Notes under the pieces: generated by a model
What the model saw: the letters and a program-made list of their open reading frames with translations, nothing else
What the model was told of the DNA's origin: nothing
Databases searched by the model: none
In this document: positions 56,654 to 64,000 of the stretch, one piece after another
Position numbering within the stretch: the first letter of the stretch is position 1
Layout of the letters: the number at the start of each line of letters is the position of its first letter
Assembly: GCA_022780025.1 (NCBI GenBank)
Contig: JALEXS010000022.1
Coordinates: 1,256 to 65,255, forward strand
DNA: 64,000 nt
Reading direction: 5' to 3'
DNA from: Mollicutes bacterium
GTDB lineage: Bacteria > Bacillota_I > Bacilli_A > RFN20 > CAG-826
Translations under genes and position numbers: made by a program

Positions 56654-57199
56654 ATGAAAAATGTTTTATGTATATTAACTAATGGCTTCGAAGAAATTGA
56701 AGCTATTGGTACTTTTGCAATTTTAAGAAGAGGTCATGTAAATGTTGATTTAACTTCTTTAAAAAATACTCCTTTAGTTGGAAGATATGGTCTTAATATT
56801 ACAAATCTACAAAAAATGAATGAAATAGATTTTAGTAAATATGATTCTTTATTTATTGCAGGCGGACCACAATACGCTGAATTGGAAAATAATGAAGTTT
56901 TTTTAAAAATTATAAATGAATTTTATAACTCAAATAAAATAATTGCAGCTATCTGTGCTGGACCTACTATTTTAGGAAAACTTGGTTTATTAAAAAATAA
57001 AAATTATACATGTTTTAATTCAATGAATGAAGATTTTGGAGGAACTTTTATAGATAAGTATGTAGTTACAGATGGTAACATCATTACTGGTAAAAGTGCT
57101 GCAGCAACAATTGAGTTTGCGTTTGCTTATTTAGAAGCTCTAACTGGTAAGGAAAATGCAGAAAATACTAAACAACAAATCTATTATTATAATAAATAA
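56654..57199 (+). CDS. DJ-1/PfpI (ThiJ) family protein.
   Basis: Start set to the ATG at 56654 (MKNVLCILTNGFEE, RBS AAAGGAAAA). IAAICAGP nucleophile-elbow motif. Confidence 0.7.
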   Translation: MKNVLCILTNGFEEIEAIGTFAILRRGHVNVDLTSLKNTPLVGRYGLNITNLQKMNEIDFSKYDSLFIAGGPQYAELENNEVFLKIINEFYNSNKIIAAICAGPTILGKLGLLKNKNYTCFNSMNEDFGGTFIDKYVVTDGNIITGKSAAATIEFAFAYLEALTGKENAENTKQQIYYYNK

Positions 57200-57241
57200 C
57201 ACGATTTATCTAATAAATTTTCAAAAATTAAAAATATCTAT

Positions 57242-57270
57242 TTACAAGACACCCTGTTTATGAGTATAAT
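57242..57270 (+). promoter_or_regulatory. Sigma70-type promoter for the tRNA-Asp/tRNA-Phe pair (-35 TTACAA, 17 bp, -10 TATAAT).
   Basis: The tRNA-Asp 5' end lies 13 nt after the -10. The intervening sequence is ATTAAGCGC. Confidence 0.5.
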
Positions 57271-57283
57271 TATTAAGCGCGAC

Positions 57284-57358
57284 GGACCAGTGGTGTAGCG
57301 GCTAACATGTCACTCTGTCACAGTGAAGATCGCGGGTTCGATCCCCGTCTGGTCCGCC
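57284..57358 (+). tRNA. tRNA-Asp (anticodon GTC).
   Basis: Acceptor GGACCAG/CTGGTCC, anticodon loop CTGTCAC, T-loop GGTTCGATCCC, CCA encoded. Confidence 0.85.
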
Positions 57359-57374
57359 AAACTTTTAAAAAATT

Positions 57375-57450
<76 letters not shown>

Positions 57451-57468
57451 TCAAGTTAATTATTGTAT

Positions 57469-57493
57469 GAAGACTAATAAGTCTTCTTTTTTT
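57469..57493 (+). terminator. Intrinsic terminator after tRNA-Phe.
   Basis: GAAGACTaataAGTCTTC followed by TTTTTTT. Confidence 0.6.
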
Positions 57494-57520
57494 ATAAAAA
57501 GTCTTCCAAACTCAATTAAA

Positions 57521-57560
57521 AATTAAAAAATCACTTCTAGTTTATTCAACTGAAGTGATT
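57521..57560 (-). terminator. Intrinsic terminator after the aminopeptidase gene.
   Basis: AATCACTTC-loop-GAAGTGATT, with a T-run on the minus strand. Confidence 0.5.
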
Positions 57561-57585
57561 TTTATTATGCGCTTAATTATTGAAA

Positions 57586-58956
57586 CTATGCATTAAGTAA
57601 GAATGCTATATAAGCTTTATAAGCTTCATAAACATCTACTTTTGATACTACTTCCATAGGAGCATGCATATTTAATACAGATATACCTGCATCAATAACG
57701 TTCATATTAAGATTTGCTAAGATATAGGCAATAGTTCCTCCGCCACCTTGATCTACTTTACCAAGTTCAGCGGTTTGATAATTTATATCATTTTCATCCA
57801 TTATCTTTCTTAATTTTGCAACATACTCTGCACTTGCATCATTACAACCGGATTTTCCTCTAGCACCAGTATATTTATTAAATACAATACCTTTTCCTAA
57901 ATAAGCACTATTTTTTAATTCATTAACACCAACATAAAGTGGATCAACACCAGCACTTACATCACTACTCAACATATTGCTATTGCTTAAACATCTTCTT
58001 AATAATAAATCATTATAATTTTCTTGAAGATTAATAATTTCAGCAATTACATTTTCAAAGAAATTAGATTGGGCGCCTGTTGCACCAATAGAACCAACTT
58101 CTTCTTTATCAACTAATGCACAACAAACAGTTTTAGTTGGGGTTTCTTTTAAATCAAGGATAGCTCTTAAAGAAGTATAAGCACAAACTCTATCATCATG
58201 GCCATATCCAGCTACCATGCTTCTATCAAATCCTAAATCACGAGCATTACCAGCAGGAACTACTTCAATTTCAGCACTTACAAAGTCTTCTTCTTCAAAA
58301 TTATATTTTTCTTTTAATATTTTTAAAATATTAGCTTTAACTGATTCTTTTTCTTCTCCTTTTAAAGGCATTGAACCGATTGTGACATCTAAATTTTCAC
58401 CTTCAATTACTTTACTAGCAGTTTTTTGAAGTTGATCTGCACTTAAGTGGATTAATAAATCAGTTATACAAAATATTGGATCATTTTCATCTTCTCCAAC
58501 ATTAATATCGATAACAGTGCCATCTTTTTTAGCAACTACACCATGTAAAGCAAGTGGAATTGTAACCCATTGGTATTTTTTAACACCGCCATAATAATGT
58601 GTATCTAATAAAGCAAAGTCGAATGATTCATATAAAGGATTTTGTTTTAAATCTATACGAGGTGAGTCAATATGTGCACCTAATACATTAATTCCTTTTG
58701 ATGCTTTTTCTTTGCCAATTATAAAAGCAAAAACATTTTTATTTCTATTGATTGCATAGACTTTATCACCTTCTTTTAAGGTTTTAAATTCATCTATTGG
58801 CTTAAATCCTTTTTCTTCTAATAATTTAATAGATTCAGCAACAACCAATCTTTCAGTTTTTCCAAAAGTAATGAAATTCTTATATTCTTCATTAAATTTC
58901 ATTAATTCATCTAATTTTTCATTATCATATTTTTCCCATGCATTTTTACTATACAT
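57586..58956 (-). CDS. M18-family aminopeptidase.
   Basis: LGAHIDSPRIDLK motif and ~456 aa match aspartyl/M18 aminopeptidase architecture. Confidence 0.65.
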   Translation of the reverse strand: MYSKNAWEKYDNEKLDELMKFNEEYKNFITFGKTERLVVAESIKLLEEKGFKPIDEFKTLKEGDKVYAINRNKNVFAFIIGKEKASKGINVLGAHIDSPRIDLKQNPLYESFDFALLDTHYYGGVKKYQWVTIPLALHGVVAKKDGTVIDINVGEDENDPIFCITDLLIHLSADQLQKTASKVIEGENLDVTIGSMPLKGEEKESVKANILKILKEKYNFEEEDFVSAEIEVVPAGNARDLGFDRSMVAGYGHDDRVCAYTSLRAILDLKETPTKTVCCALVDKEEVGSIGATGAQSNFFENVIAEIINLQENYNDLLLRRCLSNSNMLSSDVSAGVDPLYVGVNELKNSAYLGKGIVFNKYTGARGKSGCNDASAEYVAKLRKIMDENDINYQTAELGKVDQGGGGTIAYILANLNMNVIDAGISVLNMHAPMEVVSKVDVYEAYKAYIAFLLNA

Positions 58957-59261
58957 AATAATACCTCCTGCGCCATTATATTATAAAATATAAAATAATC
59001 CACAAATATATTTTTTATTATTGCTTACTATAGTTTTAGTTGAATAAAAATATTAAGCTCAGATAACCTTTTTATAGAATGAAAGTCGTCAAATATATTA
59101 TTATTCTTACAATCAATTTAATATTCATTTTGTGTATCTGATTAGTAAATATTTAGTAGAAACAAAAACTACTAGAAAACAACTAAAAATAGCAATTATA
59201 TTCGTATAATTGCTATTTATTTATTACTATTTTTTAAAAAATAATCAAGTTCTGCAGGGTT

Positions 59262-60785
59262 TTAGTTATTTCTAAGCTCTTTTCTCTTCTTTACTTTATA
59301 TTTTTTAATTAATTGATAAGTGCCTAAATATCCTAAAGTTACCACAAAGAATCCTACCAATAATACAATTACAAAAGTTGGTAAAGGATTAACTTTTACA
59401 TCTTCCCACATTTGAACAATTTTATTGTTATCATTACCAAAGTCTTCCATAACATACAAATTATCTATTTCATCATATGTTGGGTATTGAGCTCTCATAG
59501 TTCTTCCTTCAAAAGTATCAGGATCAACATTAATAACAAATTCACCTTTATTTCCGCCAAAGAAATAACTTACATCATATTCAATTGTAGAACTGCTTAC
59601 ATCTTGGCTATAATTTTCGTCTAAATAATTATAAACTTCGTTATTTTCACCAGACATAAATGAAGTATAACCTGTATATGACATATTTCTTGTAACACTA
59701 TCACTTTCTGATAAGAAATCTAAAAATTTAATAGAATAATCATAATTTTTTGAGTTTTCTTTAACAGTAGTAGGCATACACCAGGCATCAAACCAAATAT
59801 TTGCTCCTGTTTTAGGTATAGCATAATATAATTTTGTTTTTGCACTTTCTGGTTTTTCAACTTCGTATGATTCATCTTCGCCAGGATAAAATTCACCTTT
59901 TAAAATAGAGAAGCATGCATCACCACTCCAAGCAAGATTCATACCAATTTTTTTAGTAACAATATCATTCTTACCACTATCAACTTCAAATCCAAAAATA
60001 TTAGATTTAAGTTTAATTAATTCATCTTTTACTTTTTCAATAGTATCAGCATCATGCAAATTAAATATTTTATTCTTTTCTTCTTGAGATAAACTACTAT
60101 CTAAGAATTTATCTTTATAAATTTCTAAAATACCTAATGCATAAGTATCACGCATACTATCTTTAATAGATTGAACGCCTTTAAAGTTTTTATCCCAAAA
60201 AGCTGACCATCCATCGTTACCATTGAGTGTGGTTTCTAAATAATCTTTAGTTAATCCACGTTCTTCGAATTTTGAATAATATGGATTATAAACTATTCCA
60301 AGAGTTCCCCACATATATCCAATAGCATATTCACTGAGTTTTCCTAAATAATCTTTACTTTTTTTATCATAAACAGATATTTTATCAATCTTTCCTGGAT
60401 TTGCTGAGTCAGAATTTACTAAATATTTAGAAACATTTTTATAATAAGTTTCCAAACCTTTAACTTTTTGAATTAAACCTTCACTAGCTAATCTTTGAAC
60501 CATATATTCACTACAATTTATTAGATCATAGTTAGCTTTACCAGTTTGAAGTTGATTATACATAGTTTCATTAGTATCAAAAGTTTCATAAATTACTTTA
60601 ACACCCGGATTTTTTTCTTCAAATTCGCTTATTAAAGACTCATCAATATAATCTTCAGCATTCAATACATGAAGATATGTTAAGTTGCCATCCTCATCAG
60701 TATTAGCATCTTTTGAAGTACAACTTGTAATAGTAAGTAAAGATAATAACCCTAAAGATAAAACATTAATAAATTTAATTTTCAT
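59262..60785 (-). CDS. potD: Spermidine/putrescine ABC transporter substrate-binding lipoprotein (PotD-like, extended).
   Basis: Lipobox LTITSC. Last gene of a potABCD-ordered operon. 507 aa. Confidence 0.7.
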   Translation of the reverse strand: MKIKFINVLSLGLLSLLTITSCTSKDANTDEDGNLTYLHVLNAEDYIDESLISEFEEKNPGVKVIYETFDTNETMYNQLQTGKANYDLINCSEYMVQRLASEGLIQKVKGLETYYKNVSKYLVNSDSANPGKIDKISVYDKKSKDYLGKLSEYAIGYMWGTLGIVYNPYYSKFEERGLTKDYLETTLNGNDGWSAFWDKNFKGVQSIKDSMRDTYALGILEIYKDKFLDSSLSQEEKNKIFNLHDADTIEKVKDELIKLKSNIFGFEVDSGKNDIVTKKIGMNLAWSGDACFSILKGEFYPGEDESYEVEKPESAKTKLYYAIPKTGANIWFDAWCMPTTVKENSKNYDYSIKFLDFLSESDSVTRNMSYTGYTSFMSGENNEVYNYLDENYSQDVSSSTIEYDVSYFFGGNKGEFVINVDPDTFEGRTMRAQYPTYDEIDNLYVMEDFGNDNNKIVQMWEDVKVNPLPTFVIVLLVGFFVVTLGYLGTYQLIKKYKVKKRKELRNN

Positions 60786-60786
60786 A

Positions 60787-61629
60787 TTAGTCTCTCCCCT
60801 TTCTTACTTTTGTTTTTCCTTTTGTACTATTTCTATAAATAGTAATTAAAATAGCAGCAACTAAAACAACTAAAAATATAATTGTAGTTAAAGGTCTCAT
60901 ATTCATTGGAATAGGTCCTTTTTTAATCTTAGCTTGAATTAAAGTAGATAAAGTTTCAATATTTCCTTCACCACTTAATAAACCAGGTCCACGAGTAAAG
61001 GCTGTAACAATAAAATCATCTAAAGACAATGTAATTGCTAATAAGAATCCAGAAATAATACCAGGATAAATTTGTGGTATCATAACTTTTCTTAATGCTT
61101 GACGAGGTGAACATCCTAAATCAAGAGCAGCTTCATATAAACTTGGATCCATTTGTGCTAATTTAGGTTTAACATTTAAATAAACAAATGGTGCACTAAT
61201 AACAATATGTCCAATTAATAAAGTCCAAAAGGAAAATATATTATTTTTAAATATCATATTACCAAGGAAAACAAACATAACAGTTAAACTTAATGCAATA
61301 ACTATTTCAGCATTAACAACTGGAATTTGATTTAAATTTTCCATTACTTCACGACTTCTTTTTCTACTATAGAAAGCACCAATTGCACCAAATGATCCTA
61401 ATAAAGTAGAAACTAAACTTGAAATGACTGCAATTATAATAGTATTACCTAATGCAAGCATAATTTCTTTATCTTTAAATAATGCAGCATATAAATCAAA
61501 AGAAAAACCATTCCATTCACCAATATATGTTGAATTAGTAAAACTAAAAGCAATTAATACTAAAATTGGAACATACATTAAGAATAAAATTAAATAAATA
61601 TAGGAGTAAGCAAAAATTTTCTTTACCAT
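60787..61629 (-). CDS. potC: Spermidine/putrescine ABC transporter permease PotC.
   Basis: 6 TM with an EAA loop (YEAALDLGCSPRQALRKVMIPQI). Confidence 0.8.
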   Translation of the reverse strand: MVKKIFAYSYIYLILFLMYVPILVLIAFSFTNSTYIGEWNGFSFDLYAALFKDKEIMLALGNTIIIAVISSLVSTLLGSFGAIGAFYSRKRSREVMENLNQIPVVNAEIVIALSLTVMFVFLGNMIFKNNIFSFWTLLIGHIVISAPFVYLNVKPKLAQMDPSLYEAALDLGCSPRQALRKVMIPQIYPGIISGFLLAITLSLDDFIVTAFTRGPGLLSGEGNIETLSTLIQAKIKKGPIPMNMRPLTTIIFLVVLVAAILITIYRNSTKGKTKVRKGRD

Positions 61630-62417
61630 GTCGAAGCCCTCCCGTTATCATTTTCTGAGAAATTTCTAGTAGCGAGCATTGTAATACCGATAATTATTAA
61701 CATAATTAAAGCCATAAATGAACCATCGCCCCATTGATAATTACTATAATTTAAGTAAATAGAATTACCAAATAATACAATCTTTCCTTCACTTAAAACT
61801 TCAGGAATAACATAGCTTGACATTGTTGGCATAAAAACCATCATTGCAGCACTTACTACCCCTGGAATTGATTGAGGAAAAATACTTTTTGTAAATACTT
61901 GAATACGATTACATCCTAAATCAATTGCTGCTTCAATTTGTGATTTATCTAATTTAAGCATTGTAGAATATAAAGGTAATATAACAAATGGTAAATAATT
62001 ATAAATCATACCCACCATTGTAGCTACATATGGATGTTCTCCACCACTTAATCCGATCCAATTTAAGACGTCTCTAGTAGCACCTGTTCTTAAAACGAAA
62101 TTAATCCACATTGGCATAACAAATAACATAACTATGACATAATTGGTATTATATTTTTTATTAGCTAATAAATAAGCAATTGGATAACCAATTATTAAAC
62201 AGAATATAGTATTCAAAACACCAAAAAGTAACGATACTAACAAAACATTTAATTTCTTAGTACTACTAAAAAATCCAACTAAAGCATCCCAAGTAAAATT
62301 GCCATTTCCATCAGTAAAAGCATAAAATACTATAAGAAGAATTGGTATTACTACAAATAAAATTAAGAAAAGAAAATATGGGATACAAAGATATTTTCTT
62401 TTAAACCTAAATTTCAT
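61623..62417 (-). CDS. potB: Spermidine/putrescine ABC transporter permease PotB.
   Basis: 6 TM with an EAA loop (IEAAIDLGCNRIQVFTKSIFPQS). Confidence 0.8.
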   Translation of the reverse strand: MKFRFKRKYLCIPYFLFLILFVVIPILLIVFYAFTDGNGNFTWDALVGFFSSTKKLNVLLVSLLFGVLNTIFCLIIGYPIAYLLANKKYNTNYVIVMLFVMPMWINFVLRTGATRDVLNWIGLSGGEHPYVATMVGMIYNYLPFVILPLYSTMLKLDKSQIEAAIDLGCNRIQVFTKSIFPQSIPGVVSAAMMVFMPTMSSYVIPEVLSEGKIVLFGNSIYLNYSNYQWGDGSFMALIMLIIIGITMLATRNFSENDNGRASTW

Positions 62418-64000
62418 ATTCGCCCATTTCCTTTTTCAATCTAAGTCTAATATTTTTCTTATCAATACGAATACCAATCTTATCATTTAAGTTGTATGTA
62501 TATGGAGTAATACAAACAAAATCTTCTTCATCATCTGTACGGACAATAAGTTGATAGTGATCACCTTTATAAACAATATCAACAATTTCACCAACAGCTT
62601 GAGCTTCATCACTATTAATATCATCGACTAATTCGACATTATTAATATCAACTTCAGCAACAACAGTTGCATCTTTAACATCATAATGTTTATTAGTTTC
62701 TTTTACGAAAAGTAATCCATCTTCATCAAGAACACTATTAGGAATAAGTTGAGTTAAATCGCAATCAAATGGTTTATCATCGATAACAACGTGTAAATCT
62801 TTATCAATATAAGCATCAGTATAAATATTAGTTACGAAATCCTTTTTCATAATATGGATACTATCTGGTTCAATATTTAAACCAACTTCCATATTAAGAG
62901 GATATTCTTTAGTATCTTTAACTAATAATTCATTTTTATTAATCATAATAGTATATTCGTAATTCATACCTTTAAAGATACGGCTATAAATCACACCATT
63001 GAGATTACCTTTATTAGCTTCAACGATTTTAATATCTTCTGGTCTAATAACAACATCAACTTTTTCATTAAGTGGGAAATCATCTAAGCAATCAAAAACT
63101 GTATTTAATAATCTTACTTTTAATTTTCCAACCATAGTAGCATTATAAATGTTACTTTCACCAATAAAATCAGCAACAAAAGCGTTCTTTGGTTCGTCAT
63201 AAATCATTTTTGGAGTACCAATTTGTTGAATTTCTCCATCTTTCATGACAACGATTGTATCACTCATAGTTAAAGCTTCTTCTTGATCATGAGTAACATA
63301 AATAAAAGTAATACCTAATTTATTATGCATTTCTTTTAATTCGATTTGCATATCTTTTCTCATTTTTAAATCAAGAGCGCCTAAAGGTTCATCTAAAAGT
63401 AAAATTTCAGGTTCATTAACAATAGCTCTAGCAATAGCAACACGTTGTTGTTGACCACCACTTAAAGTTGTAATGTCACGATCTTCAAGAGAATCTAAAT
63501 CGACAATTTTTAAAGCTCTAGCAACCTTTGAATCAATTTCTTTTGCAGTAAGTTTTTTATACTTATAAGCAATTTCAGGAGTATTTAATAAACCCTCTAA
63601 TTTTTCTTTTAACTTTGCTAATTTGGCTTCTTTTTCTTCGTTTGTTAAATTTTTATTCTTTTTTGTGACCCTAATATCTTCTTTAACTAAATTGACTTTT
63701 TCTTTATTTACTTTATAAACTGTTTTGCCTTCTTTATCTTTAAGTTCAACAGGAATCTTTTTAAGACGTAATCCGAAAGCAACGTTTTCATAAACATCTA
63801 AATGAGGAAATAAGGCATATCGTTGAAATACCATATTAATTGGTCGCTTATTAGGTGGAAGATTAGTAATATCTTTACCTTTAAGCATAATTTCGCCTTT
63901 GCTAGGAAATTCAAATCCAGCAATCATACGTAACGTTGTAGATTTGCCACAACCAGATGGACCTAAGAATGTAATAAATTCTCCTTTTTTGACATAAAGA
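62407..64000 (-). CDS. potA: Spermidine/putrescine ABC transporter ATPase PotA. The N-terminus runs off the window end (5' partial).
   Basis: The in-frame translation continues upstream of the track's first Met through Walker A LGPSGCGKSTTLRMIAG to the window edge. Signature LSGGQQQRVAIARA. ~90 aa coiled-coil insertion like the other importer ATPase. Confidence 0.8.
   Translation of the reverse strand, partial: LYVKKGEFITFLGPSGCGKSTTLRMIAGFEFPSKGEIMLKGKDITNLPPNKRPINMVFQRYALFPHLDVYENVAFGLRLKKIPVELKDKEGKTVYKVNKEKVNLVKEDIRVTKKNKNLTNEEKEAKLAKLKEKLEGLLNTPEIAYKYKKLTAKEIDSKVARALKIVDLDSLEDRDITTLSGGQQQRVAIARAIVNEPEILLLDEPLGALDLKMRKDMQIELKEMHNKLGITFIYVTHDQEEALTMSDTIVVMKDGEIQQIGTPKMIYDEPKNAFVADFIGESNIYNATMVGKLKVRLLNTVFDCLDDFPLNEKVDVVIRPEDIKIVEANKGNLNGVIYSRIFKGMNYEYTIMINKNELLVKDTKEYPLNMEVGLNIEPDSIHIMKKDFVTNIYTDAYIDKDLHVVIDDKPFDCDLTQLIPNSVLDEDGLLFVKETNKHYDVKDATVVAEVDINNVELVDDINSDEAQAVGEIVDIVYKGDHYQLIVRTDDEEDFVCITPYTYNLNDKIGIRIDKKNIRLRLKKEMGEYEI

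Overview
This is a 64 kb low-GC chromosomal segment (AT ~70%) from a Firmicutes/Mollicutes-like bacterium. It uses the standard genetic code, because long ORFs are intact with TGA read as stop. It has many lipobox lipoproteins, and most genes lie on the minus strand in tight operon-like runs. No transposase, phage, CRISPR or rRNA genes were seen.

Gene content from left to right:
1. A ~14 kb array of surface lipoproteins: 5'-nucleotidase-like, endonuclease-I-like, a giant Ig-like/OB-fold lipoprotein, and a staphylococcal-nuclease-like lipoprotein. It is fused to a CUT1-type ABC importer with two paralogous binding proteins. I read this as an extracellular nucleic-acid scavenging system.
2. Two tandem RDD-family membrane paralogs.
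3. An Fe-alcohol dehydrogenase, a HAD phosphatase and a PI-PLC X-domain protein.
4. tRNA-Val.
5. A complete Rnf (rnfCDGEA plus a minimal rnfB) operon with ApbE, NusG_II and Gx flavin-trafficking genes.
6. A TetR / 885-aa Fe-S flavoprotein / HypA-like triad.
7. A lipid kinase next to an alkyl-DHAP-synthase-like flavoenzyme.
8. A TetR / GlpA-like / DUF1667 oxidoreductase operon.
9. A GNAT acetyltransferase, an odd tRNA-Glu-like gene, an M6-like metalloprotease lipoprotein, gltX and tRNA-Gly.
10. deoD, a Nudix hydrolase and cdaA.
11. An AbrB-like/ABC-2 exporter and a cation/H+ antiporter.
12. A five-tRNA cluster (Ala, Met, Ile2, Ser, fMet).
13. A feoA-feoA-feoB operon divergent from a DtxR-family regulator.
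14. A DJ-1/PfpI protein, tRNA-Asp and tRNA-Phe, an M18 aminopeptidase, and potDCBA (potA runs off the window).

Most notable non-coding signals:
- A dispersed ~25-50 bp intergenic repeat family (core AAAACTCAAYTATTT) with at least eight copies, next to terminators.
- Tandem AAGTTAAC repeats bracketing the feo operon.
- A conserved TATAAT-N-TTAAGCRC leader that abuts four separate tRNA genes.

The ORF track treats TTG as Met, so several starts were moved to an ATG with a ribosome-binding site.
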